NCBI RefSeq assembly: GCF_000039765.1
Contig: NC_004459.3
Span: 1,290,001-1,322,000, forward strand
Direction: 5' to 3'
From: Vibrio vulnificus CMCP6
Lineage (GTDB): Bacteria; Pseudomonadota; Gammaproteobacteria; Enterobacterales; Vibrionaceae
Length of the DNA stretch: 32,000 nucleotides
In this document: positions 9,936-18,283 of the stretch, one piece after another
Layout of the letters: the number at the start of each line of letters is the position of its first letter
Position numbering within the stretch: the stretch's first letter is position 1
Notes under the pieces: generated by a model
Told to the model about the DNA's origin: nothing
Database searches by the model: none
The model's input: the letters and a program-made list of their open reading frames with translations, nothing else
Translations under genes and position numbers: made by a program

Positions 9936-9965
9936 AGGCCAGCAATTTGCTGGCCTTATTTTTGT
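9936..9965 (+). terminator. Rho-independent terminator after xds
   Basis: Stem AAGGCCAGC (9936-9944) / GCTGGCCTT (9950-9958), loop AATTT, then ATTTTTG. Confidence 0.85.
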
Positions 9966-10057
9966 TCTATCGGTCAAAAGGCTTGCCTTTCGCGACTGGT
10001 GCTGCAAAATACCGCCCTTATCTATCCGTTCATCTTTGAGTGAGTTGTTGTTTTCCA

Positions 10058-10636
10058 ATGCTATTGATCATCGATAATTACGATTCGTTTACTTACAACC
10101 TTTACCAGTACTTTTGTGAACTGGGCGCACAGGTGCAAGTGGTACGTAATGATGAGATTGATCTGGCGGGTATCGCACAACTAAACCCCACACACCTGGT
10201 GATCTCTCCTGGGCCTTGTACGCCAAACGAAGCGGGGATTTCGCTGGCTGCGATTGAGCACTTTGCCGGTAAACTGCCGATATTGGGGGTGTGTTTAGGC
10301 CATCAAGCGATCGCGCAAGTATTTGGTGCGAAAGTGGTGCGAGCCAGACAAGTGATGCACGGCAAAACCTCGCCTATTACGCACAATGGCCGAAGCGTCT
10401 TCAAAGGGTTGAACAATCCACTGACCGTGACGCGTTACCACTCACTTGTGGTGGAAAATGGCTCGCTACCAGCGTGTTTTGAGCTCACCGCATGGACAAC
10501 TCATGCCGATGGCAGCATGGACGAAATCATGGGCTATCAGCACAAAACACTGGCGATTGATGCGGTTCAGTTTCACCCAGAGTCGATCAAAACTGAGCAA
10601 GGACATCAGTTACTAGCGAACTTTCTAGCGCGCTAA
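10058..10636 (+). CDS. pabA: Aminodeoxychorismate synthase component II (glutamine amidotransferase, PabA/TrpG type)
   Basis: From ATG 10058 the product [24 protein letters not shown].. is collinear with E. coli PabA ([24 protein letters not shown]). It carries the GATase triad context (GVCLGHQ, QFHPES) and ends LLANFLAR. Confidence 0.93.
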   Translation: MLLIIDNYDSFTYNLYQYFCELGAQVQVVRNDEIDLAGIAQLNPTHLVISPGPCTPNEAGISLAAIEHFAGKLPILGVCLGHQAIAQVFGAKVVRARQVMHGKTSPITHNGRSVFKGLNNPLTVTRYHSLVVENGSLPACFELTAWTTHADGSMDEIMGYQHKTLAIDAVQFHPESIKTEQGHQLLANFLAR

Positions 10637-10986
10637 TCCTGATCGCGATCACCTTTCTTAACATTTTCTTCATCTTTTTTTGCTTTTGCGATGAGTGAAA
10701 AACTATTCGCGCCGTTCTGCATTCTGTTTTCATTTTTCTTACCACATCAGCAAGCTTCTGCACTTTTTAAAAAAGTGCTTCAATAATTTACCAACTTGAT
10801 GCATAAATAGTCATTAATAGTGACTATCAGGATTTGCACCCCGAACCAAAAAGAATAAATCACTATTGAAATCGTTAATTAATTGTAAATACAATGCCGC
10901 ATCAGCGTAAATGCAAGACAATATTTGCCGAACAGTGAAAGTCGGTGTAATTCGCTATCTGCTGCGGTATCGAGAGGGAATGTGTA

Positions 10987-12198
10987 ATGACAGTGGAAAT
11001 GAAAGTAGAGCGTGGATTGTTCGATGAGGTGATGGTGCCTTGTTACAACCCAATGGAGATGATTCCAGTTAAAGGGCAGGGCTCTCGAATTTGGGACCAA
11101 AACGGTAACGAGTATATCGACTTTGCTGGTGGTATTGCGGTGAGCTGTTTAGGTCATTGTCACCCAGTGATGGTGAACGCACTGACAGAGCAAGCGGGTA
11201 AGCTTTGGCATTTGAGCAACGTTATGACCAATGAGCCAGCGTTGCGTTTGGCAAAAAAACTGACCGAAGTGAGCTTTGCTGAACGTGTGTTCTTTGCCAA
11301 CTCAGGCGCGGAAGCCAACGAAGCCGCACTGAAACTGGCGCGCCGTTATGCCGCAGATGTTTATGGCCCAGAAAAATCAGAAATCATCGCGTTTAAACAA
11401 GGTTTCCACGGACGTACTTTCTTCACCGTGACGGTGGGTGGTCAGGCGGCGTACTCGGATGGTTTTGGTCCGAAACCGGGCGACGTTACTCACCTTCCTT
11501 ACAACGATATTGAAGCACTGCAAGCACACATTTCAGACCGTACCTGTGCGGTCATGATGGAACCGTTACAAGGCGAAGGCGGCATCATTCCACCAACAGC
11601 GGAATTCATTCAAGCCGTGCGTGAACTGTGTGACAAACACAATGCGCTGCTGGTATTTGATGAAGTGCAAACGGGCAATGGCCGTACGGGCGAGTTCTAT
11701 GCTTACCAAGGTCTGGGCGTCACGCCCGATATTCTCAGCACGGCAAAATCGCTTGGTGGTGGTTTCCCTATCGGCGCTATGCTCACCACAGCGAAACTGG
11801 CTGAACACCTAAAAGTGGGCACGCATGGTTCAACCTATGGCGGTAACCCATTGGCTTGTGCCGTGGCAGAGGCTGTGGTCACAGAAGTGTCTAAACCTGA
11901 AACGCTACAAGGCGTGAAAGAACGTGAACAGTGGTTCCGTGAAGGATTAGCTAAACTGAATGAGAAATACCAAATCTTCGCTGAAATCCGTGGTAAGGGA
12001 TTATTGCTTGGTGCTGCACTGAATGAACAATGGAAAGGCCGTGCTCGTGATGTGTTGGTAGCTGCAGGCAAAGAAGGTTTATTAGTGTTGGTGGCGGGCG
12101 CAAACGTGGTGCGTTTCACACCTTCACTGGTCATTACTAAACAAGAAATCGAAGAAGGTTTCGCGAAGCTAGACAAAGCGATCGCTTCTCTAGTCTAA
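10987..12198 (+). CDS. argD: Acetylornithine / succinylornithine aminotransferase (class III PLP aminotransferase, ArgD/AstC type)
   Basis: 403 aa. [49 protein letters not shown] matches E. coli ArgD/AstC. The PLP lysine context [11 protein letters not shown] is present. SD GAGAGGGA lies upstream, and the gene heads astA-astD. Confidence 0.93.
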
Positions 12199-12211
12199 GC
12201 GCTGCTTATGC

Positions 12212-12245
12212 CGAACATTCACCCATGGAAGCGGGTGAATGTTCG
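12212..12245 (+). other. Perfect 13-bp-stem hairpin just after the argD/astC stop (no U-tract)
   Basis: CGAACATTCACCC (12212-12224) / GGGTGAATGTTCG (12233-12245), loop ATGGAAGC. Followed by ATGCCTTTCC, so it is not a canonical intrinsic terminator. Confidence 0.7.
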
Positions 12246-12376
12246 ATGCCTTTCCTAGGAGCTAACGCATAGAACCTAGGGCCTTCTATCCCCTTACTAT
12301 TTGAAGTTGCAGGCGCGTTGGCTATGCTCGTTCCCCTAATCACATAGTCTATCTATGCTGATGGGGATGAACTCAC
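12235..12376 (-). repeat. ERIC/IRU-like imperfect-palindromic intergenic repeat element
   Basis: Central segment TATCCCCTTACTATTTGAAGTTGCAGGCGCGTTGGCTATGCTCGTTCCCCTAATCAC aligns by eye with the reverse complement of the ERIC core as I recall it (..GACTGGGGTGAGCG..AGCCAACGC..TGCAACTTGAAG..). The ends GTGAAT..CCTAGGAGCTAACGCAT and GCTGATGGGGATGAACTCAC resemble the ERIC1R/ERIC2 primer regions. Boundaries are approximate (+/-15 nt). Confidence 0.55.
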
Positions 12377-12433
12377 TTACCGCCTACCTGCAACGTCAAT
12401 TCGTTTGGGTATGTGCATCTGGAGGGAGTATTG

Positions 12434-13453
12434 ATGCTAGTTGTTCGCCCTATTGCAATGTCGGACTATGAATCTTTGCACACCTGCGCTGTTGAGTCAG
12501 GGCATGGATTCACTTCTCTACCGGTTAACGAAGAGTTGTTAACCAATCGAATCAAACATTCTGAATACAGTTTTGCCAAAGCCAATGTGACCGAACCCGG
12601 TGACGAAGGCTATCTGATGGTCGGTTTTGACAGTGAAACGGGTGAGGTTGCGGGAACTACAGGTATCGAAGCCTCAATTGGCTGGGATGTGCCGTTTTAC
12701 TCGTATCACATCAGCAAGATTGTTCACTCATCGCCGAAATTAGGCGTTAACAATGTCGTGAAACTGCTGACCTTTGGCAATAACTACACCGGTTGTAGCG
12801 AAATTTGTACCCTATTTTTGCGCGAGAAGTTTCGTCAAGGTTTGAATGGTCGCCTGATGTCTAAGTGCCGTTTTCTGATGATGGCAGAGCATCCACACCG
12901 TTTCTCTCAAACCATTTTTGCCGAAATGCGCGGTGTTTCTGATGCGCAAGGCAATTCGCCATTTTGGCAGTGGTTGCAAGAGCACTTTTTCTCAATCGAT
13001 TTCACCATGGCGGATTACCTTACGGGTATCGGTAAGAAAGGTTTTATTGCCGATTTAATGCCAAAGCTGCCGATCTACATCAACCTGCTCAGCCCAGAGG
13101 CGCAAGCGGTGATTGGTCAAGTGCATGACAACACAAGACCTGCGTTGAAGTTGTTGGAAAGAGAAGGGTTTACCAACCGCGGTTATGTCGACATTTTCGA
13201 TGGTGGTCCAACGGTGGAATGCGATTTGCGCAATATTGAATCGGTGCGCCATTCCGTACGTGCGAAAGTGCGGATCAGTGAGCATTCGAGCTCAAAAGCG
13301 TTCTTAATTGCCAATACTTCATTTGAGGATTTTCGTGCGACTGCCGCCAAAGCAGCGTATGACCCAGCAACATCAAGCGTGATTTTATCTCCAGCCGTCG
13401 CCGAAGCGTTGAACGTTGAAGATGGTCACTACGTACGCATGTTGCCGCAGTAA
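12434..13453 (+). CDS. astA: Arginine N-succinyltransferase
   Basis: From ATG 12434 (SD GGAGGGAG at 12421-12428) the product [15 protein letters not shown].. parallels E. coli AstA (MMVIRPVERSDVSAL). GFTSLP motif present. Located between the aminotransferase and astD. Confidence 0.9.
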
Positions 13454-13470
13454 ACAGAAAGGAAGAGATG

Positions 13471-14928
13471 ATGACACAGTGGATTGCAGGTGAATGGGTC
13501 GAAGGTTTAGGTGAAGAGTTTACCTCTCTCTCCCCGTATGACAATCAGGTTGTTTGGCGTGGCAAGGGAGCCACGGCGGAACAAGTGGAGATGGCGGTGA
13601 AAGCAGCGCGCCAAGCGTTTGTTGGCTGGAAAACATTGTCCGTTGCCGAGCGAGAGGCGGTGGTGTTGGCCTTTGCTGAGCAAGTGAAAGAGAACAGTGA
13701 AGAGATCGCCCAAGTGATCGCCAAAGAAACCGGCAAGCCGCTTTGGGAAACGCGCACTGAAGCGGCGGCCATGGCGGGTAAAATCGCCATTTCGATTCGT
13801 GCGTACCATGAGCGTACCGGCGAGTCGCAAAAAGAAGCCGCAGGCAACCAGATTGTTTTGCGTCACCGCCCGCTTGGTGTGATGGCGGTCTTTGGCCCGT
13901 ATAACTTCCCGGGTCATTTACCCAATGGTCACATTGTGCCTGCGCTACTAGCCGGTAACACTGTGGTGTTTAAACCTTCTGAGCAAACCCCGTGGACGGG
14001 CGAGCTTGCCATGAAGCTGTGGCAAGCTGCAGGCCTGCCTCAAGGGGTGATCAACCTGGTACAAGGTGGCAAGGAAACGGGCATTGCTTTGGCGGAATCG
14101 AAAGGCATCGATGGTTTGCTGTTTACGGGAAGTGCCAACACAGGTCATTTATTGCATCGCCAGTTTGCTGGTCAGCCGGGCAAGATGCTGGCACTTGAGA
14201 TGGGCGGCAACAACCCTATGGTGATCACCGATCACTATGGCGATCTTGATGCCACCGTCTACACCATTATCCAATCGGCTTTTATCAGTGCCGGGCAGCG
14301 TTGTACCTGTGCACGTCGTCTCTACATCCCATTGGGTGAGAAAGGCGATGCACTGATCACCCGCTTGGTCGAAGCGACCAAGAAGTTGCGTGTTGATCAG
14401 CCATTTGCAGAACCTGCTCCCTTCATGGGACCACAGATTTCGGTGGCTGCTGCAAACTTCATTTTGGCGGCGCAAGCTAACCTGCAATCGCTTGGTGGAG
14501 AGAGCTTGATTGAAGCCAAAGCGGGTGAGGCGGCATTTGTCACGCCGGGTATTATCGATGTCACCAACATTGCTGAGTTGCCCGACGAAGAATACTTTGG
14601 CCCATTGCTGCAAGTGGTGCGTTATCAAACACTAGAGCAAGCGGTTGAGCTCGCCAATGATACCCGCTTTGGTTTATCGGCTGGTTTGGTGTCAACTGAT
14701 GATGGTGAGTGGCAATATTTCGTTGATCATATTCGTGCTGGCATCGTCAATCGTAACCGTCAGCTAACGGGCGCGAGTGGTGATGCTCCGTTTGGTGGCC
14801 CCGGTGCGTCGGGCAACTTGCGCCCAAGTGCGTACTACGCCGCGGATTACTGTGCCTATCCAATGGCTTCGATGGAAGGGGAGGAGACATCACTCCCTGC
14901 AACGTTAAGCCCAGGCGTCGAACTGTAA
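13471..14928 (+). CDS. astD: N-succinylglutamate 5-semialdehyde dehydrogenase
   Basis: [12 protein letters not shown].. compared with E. coli AstD MTLWINGDWITG. Long identities are present ([43 protein letters not shown], PFGGxGASGNxRPSAxYAADYCAxPMAS). The start is the second of two tandem ATGs (13468/13471), chosen on SD spacing. Confidence 0.93.
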
Positions 14929-15042
14929 AATAATAATAAGGGCGTGTTAGTCGCCCAAGGGTGCAGTGGGATCGAGCCTGAGTCACTGTGGCCCAACTAT
15001 AAGTGAGGTTTTTTACACCTCGGTCATCGCCGTCACAGGTTG

Positions 15043-15091
15043 ATGGCGATGTCGGTTGCACTCTGGACAGCAACCGCCATCGCCATTTTTC
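15043..15091 (+). terminator. Terminator-like long hairpin in the astD / DUF1338 spacer
   Basis: 17-nt arms ATGGCGATGTCGGTTGC (15043-15059) / GCAACCGCCATCGCCAT (15070-15086) with one mismatch, 10-nt loop, followed by TTTTT. Confidence 0.6.
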
Positions 15092-15140
15092 CATTTACGC
15101 TATAACCGACAACGTGAATCTACAACAACAAGGAGGCGTT

Positions 15141-15932
15141 ATGACGCCAGCTGTTCTCTTTCAATCGCTATGGAATGACTATATTCAACGTTTGTGTCCT
15201 TCCGCTGCAAAAGTTCATCAACTGCTAGAAGAAGATGAGCCATTGATCAACGACCACATCGCTTTGCGCACATTTAATGTTGCTCCGCTGGGTATCGAGA
15301 CGCTAGCCAAGCCATTTCTAGAGCTCGGCTATGTGGCGTGTGGTGATTACCTGTTTAAGAGCAAAAAGTTGATTGCCAAGCACTTTGAGCATCCCGACCC
15401 GACCCAACCTAAAGTGTTTATCAGCGCACTAAAAGTGGATGAATGCTCGGAGGCGTTACAAGCCATCGTCGAAAAATTGGTGGCGCAAGTCGACGCTTCA
15501 CGTCTAGAAGACAGTGCATTTTTACACGGTGGTCGTTTATGGGATCTGTCGTTTGTTGATTACCAAACCCTAGCAAAAGAAAGTGAATACGCGTCTTGGC
15601 TGGCGGCTCATGGCTATGGTGCCAATCACTTTACCGTCAGTGTCAATCAGCTCAAGGCGTTGGACTCGGTCAAAGGCGTGAATGATCACTTACGCAACGC
15701 AGGCTTTGTCATTAACGAAGTGGGTGGTGAAGTCAAAGGCTCACCTGAGGTGTTGCTCGAGCAATCCTCGACCATGGCCGACAAAGTGGCGGTGCACTTT
15801 AGCGAGGGCAGTGAGATCGTACCTGGTGGTTTCTACGAATTCGCCAAGCGTTACCCGATGGACAATGGTGAGCTTTACCCAGGGTTTGTGGAAGCGTCTG
15901 CCGATAAGATTTTCGAAAGCACTAATGGTTAA
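15141..15932 (+). CDS. DUF1338-family protein (short form of the YdcJ/HglS metal-dependent oxygenase-like fold); function unknown
   Basis: ATG 15141 is preceded by the strong SD AAGGAGG (15130-15136). The 263-aa product has DUF1338-like landmarks (NDHIALRTF, GANHFTVSV, GGFYEFAKR..GF). The upstream 46 codons of the track ORF run through the terminator hairpin and are not credible. Confidence 0.7.
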   Translation: MTPAVLFQSLWNDYIQRLCPSAAKVHQLLEEDEPLINDHIALRTFNVAPLGIETLAKPFLELGYVACGDYLFKSKKLIAKHFEHPDPTQPKVFISALKVDECSEALQAIVEKLVAQVDASRLEDSAFLHGGRLWDLSFVDYQTLAKESEYASWLAAHGYGANHFTVSVNQLKALDSVKGVNDHLRNAGFVINEVGGEVKGSPEVLLEQSSTMADKVAVHFSEGSEIVPGGFYEFAKRYPMDNGELYPGFVEASADKIFESTNG

Positions 15933-16084
15933 CAGAATCGAGAACGGGCTGCGCCCTGAAGGTTCGAGAATGCTTTGCTGTGAGAGATTTTAACACTCGA
16001 AATCTGAGAGGGTTTAGTCTCGAAGGAGGAAGTTTGCTGCTGAAGCGTAGTGCTCTTGACTTCCAATACCTGTCTCTGTGAAAC

Positions 16085-16118
16085 AAAAAAGCCACTCATG
16101 TTGCCATGAGTGGCTTTT
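16085..16118. terminator. Bidirectional rho-independent terminator shared by the DUF1338 gene (+) and crp (-)
   Basis: AAAAAA, then GCCACTCATG (16091-16100), loop TTGC, CATGAGTGGC (16105-16114), then TTTT. Located between convergent genes. Confidence 0.85.
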
Positions 16119-16142
16119 GAAATTGTTCATCGTTAATGGAAA

Positions 16143-16775
16143 TTAACGAGTACCGTAAACAACGATAGTCTTGCCGTGTGCAGAAATCAGGTTCTGCTCT
16201 TCGAGCATCTTCAAGATACGACCTACTGTCTCACGAGAACAGCCAACGATTTGACCGATTTCTTGACGAGTGATCTTGATCTGCATGCCATCTGGGTGCG
16301 TCATCGCATCTGGTTGTTTAGCCAGATTCAATAGCGTCTGAGCGATACGACCAGTTACGTCTAGGAATGCTAAGTCACCCACTTTTTGGCTGGTTACTTG
16401 CAGACGGCTTGCCATCTGAGCAGATAGACGCATCAGGATGTCAGGGTTGACCTGAATGAGCTGACGGAATTTCTTGAATGAGATTTCTGCGACTTCACAA
16501 GGTGATTTTGCACGAACCCATGCGGTACGCTCTTGACCTTCTTCGAACAGGCCTAGTTCACCAATAAAGTCACCTTGATTTAGGTAAGAAAGGATCATTT
16601 CTTTACCTTCTTCATCCTTAATTAGTACCGCCACAGAACCTTTTACGATGTAGTAAAGCGTTTCTGCTTTTTCGCCCGCATGAATGAGCGTGCTTTTTGA
16701 TGGGTACTTATGAATATGACAGTGTGAAAGAAACCACTCTAGTGTTGGATCGGTTTGAGGTTTACCTAGAACCAT
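16143..16775 (-). CDS. crp: cAMP receptor protein CRP (global transcriptional regulator)
   Basis: 210 aa, essentially collinear with E. coli CRP ([60 protein letters not shown]...[30 protein letters not shown]). Confidence 0.98.
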   Translation of the reverse strand: MVLGKPQTDPTLEWFLSHCHIHKYPSKSTLIHAGEKAETLYYIVKGSVAVLIKDEEGKEMILSYLNQGDFIGELGLFEEGQERTAWVRAKSPCEVAEISFKKFRQLIQVNPDILMRLSAQMASRLQVTSQKVGDLAFLDVTGRIAQTLLNLAKQPDAMTHPDGMQIKITRQEIGQIVGCSRETVGRILKMLEEQNLISAHGKTIVVYGTR

Positions 16776-16965
16776 AATATCTCACTTCCTCTGCAGGGTA
16801 CGCTTGCCGCTATCCATATTTTAGCGAAGCCTTAATCTTGGCTTCCTAGAATAAGAGCTGTTAACTAAGGCTGCAAGCTATCTTGTGTTTCGGTTTGAAA
16901 TAGTATCCTTTTTCGAAAACGATTTCTTGATTTTAATCGTGCCGAGTATCGGATTTTTTAAGCAA

Positions 16966-16987
16966 AACTGTGCACATGATCACGGTA
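16966..16987. promoter_or_regulatory. Candidate CRP box upstream of crp (possible autoregulation)
   Basis: aacTGTGCacatgaTCACGgta compared with TGTGA-N6-TCACA, with one mismatch per half-site. It lies about 190 nt upstream of the crp ATG and 31 nt downstream of the prkB stop. Confidence 0.4.
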
Positions 16988-17017
16988 TGAAAAGTAATCG
17001 CTCTCCGTGCTGAGTTT

Positions 17018-17887
17018 TTATCCAATTTTGCCCGTTTCAATCAATTGTTGCAGGATAGGCTGCACAATTAATTCCATAGCAAAACTCATTTTTCCTCCCG
17101 GCACCACAAGGGTGTTGTGGCGTGACATGAACGAGCCATCGATCATCGCCAGTAGGTATGGAAAATCAACGTTTTTGATTCCTCTAAGACGAATCACCAC
17201 AAAGCTTTCATCAAGGCTTGGGATGCCTTTGGCGTTGAGCGGATTGGAGGTGTCGACCGTTGGAACTCGCTGAAAGTTGATGTGAGTACGAGAAAATTGC
17301 GGTGTGATGTAATTCAGATAGTCATCCATTGAGCGCACAATCGAATCCATCACGGCCTCGCGTGAATGGCCGCGATCTCGGGTATCTCGCACGTATTTCT
17401 GTATCCACTCTAAGTTGACGATCGGCACCATGCCTATCAAGAAATCGACGTGTTGCGCGACATTCACTTCGCCATCCACCACGCCACCGTGCAGTCCTTC
17501 ATAAAACAGCACATCGGTATTTTCCGGTAGCTTTTGCCATGGGGTAAAAGTGCCGGGCATTTGGTTATAGGGTACCGCTTCGTCAAACGTGTGCAGATAG
17601 CGGCGCACTTCACCAGTGCCAGATTTACCGTATTGGCGGAAAAATTCGCCTAGAGCTGGGAAATCGTTGGCTTGAGGGCCAAAATAGCTGATATGACGGC
17701 CTTGTTCTTTTGCCTTGCGAATTTCGACGTCCATCTCTGGACGGGTAAAACGGTGGAAGCTATCCCCTTCGACCCATGCGGGCTTGATGCTCATCATATT
17801 GAACATCTTGCGGAAAGCTTCGGAGGTGGTGGTGGTGCCGGCACCGGATGAACCTGTGACGGCTATTATTGGGTGTTTTGCAGACAT
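17018..17887 (-). CDS. prkB: Phosphoribulokinase homologue (PrkB type)
   Basis: From the ATG at 17887 the product MSAKHPIIAVTGSSGAGTTTTSEAFRKMF.. matches E. coli PrkB (MSAKHPVIAVTGSSGAGTTTTSLAFRKIF) along its length. The 20 upstream codons in the track ORF are unsupported. Confidence 0.93.
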   Translation of the reverse strand: MSAKHPIIAVTGSSGAGTTTTSEAFRKMFNMMSIKPAWVEGDSFHRFTRPEMDVEIRKAKEQGRHISYFGPQANDFPALGEFFRQYGKSGTGEVRRYLHTFDEAVPYNQMPGTFTPWQKLPENTDVLFYEGLHGGVVDGEVNVAQHVDFLIGMVPIVNLEWIQKYVRDTRDRGHSREAVMDSIVRSMDDYLNYITPQFSRTHINFQRVPTVDTSNPLNAKGIPSLDESFVVIRLRGIKNVDFPYLLAMIDGSFMSRHNTLVVPGGKMSFAMELIVQPILQQLIETGKIG

Positions 17888-17958
17888 GACAGACCTTGTC
17901 GTATTCAAACTTACCTGTTGAGCGGGAATCGGCCTCCCGCGGAGCAATCGTTTGTCCC

Positions 17959-17986
17959 ACTATAGCACGTTCACTTTGCTTGTCAT
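17959..17986 (-). promoter_or_regulatory. Candidate sigma70 promoter for prkB
   Basis: On the minus strand: ATGACA (-35, 5/6), 16-nt spacer, TATAGT (-10, 5/6), about 70 nt upstream of the prkB ATG. Confidence 0.4.
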
Positions 17987-18015
17987 GGGATAGGATTCGG
18001 TAAAGTGTGGCGCAG

Positions 18016-18228
18016 CTAGAATTTTTGTTTTAACTGAATATCCACGGTTTCGTGTAACTCAGAGAAAACCACCACCGCTTCACCGCATTCCAGTTGCTGC
18101 TGTACTTGTGCGATTTTTTCTTCTAGTGAGTATTCACTTTCACCGTAATCGGTGCCTTCACGCAGGACAAACTCGCGAATCAAATTGCTCAGTGCCTCAG
18201 GGCTGATTTGTTGCCATGGAACGATCAT
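18016..18228 (-). CDS. yheU: YheU family protein (UPF0270)
   Basis: 70-aa [32 protein letters not shown].. in the conserved position between yheT and prkB. Matches the small YheU family as I recall it. Confidence 0.8.
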   Translation of the reverse strand: MIVPWQQISPEALSNLIREFVLREGTDYGESEYSLEEKIAQVQQQLECGEAVVVFSELHETVDIQLKQKF

Positions 18229-18283
18229 AAATACCTCTTTATTCTATGCTCGTGAGTGGATTTGTCGGCCGACAGGGGCGCTA

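Noticed and set aside
10640-10651. Perfect 12-bp palindrome TGATCGCGATCA (two GATC sites) right after the pabA stop, and the GCACTTTTT/AAAAAAGTGC inverted repeat at 10760-10778.
   Set aside because: The first has no loop, and the second has an AT-only stem interior with no clear U-tract. Neither can be supported as a terminator or operator from sequence alone.
10691-10786. 31-codon hydrophobic ORF (MSEKLFAPFCILFSFFLPHQQASALFKKVLQ) in the pabA-argD spacer, possibly a small membrane peptide or type I toxin.
   Set aside because: There is no Shine-Dalgarno sequence upstream (a T-rich run only) and no obvious antisense partner. The hydrophobicity is expected from T-rich DNA.
10778-10836. ARG-box-like sequence (GATGCATAAATAGTCATT, 10798-10815) upstream of argD/astC.
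   Set aside because: Only one box approaches the TGAAT-N4-ATTCA consensus. The required partner box at the usual 2-3 bp spacing, on either side, is poor, so I cannot support an ArgR operator call without a PWM scan or binding data.
15043-15105. 20-codon hydrophobic ORF (MAMSVALWTATAIAIFPFTL) in the astD/DUF1338 spacer.
   Set aside because: It coincides exactly with the arms of the terminator-like hairpin and has only a weak SD. The RNA-structure explanation is more parsimonious.
15938-16023. Four TCGA(G)A words (15938, 15964, 15997, 16020) that looked like a repeated motif.
   Set aside because: The spacings (26, 33, 23 nt) are irregular and the shared word is only 5-7 nt, which is compatible with chance. 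The region is kept only as part of the structured-tail finding.
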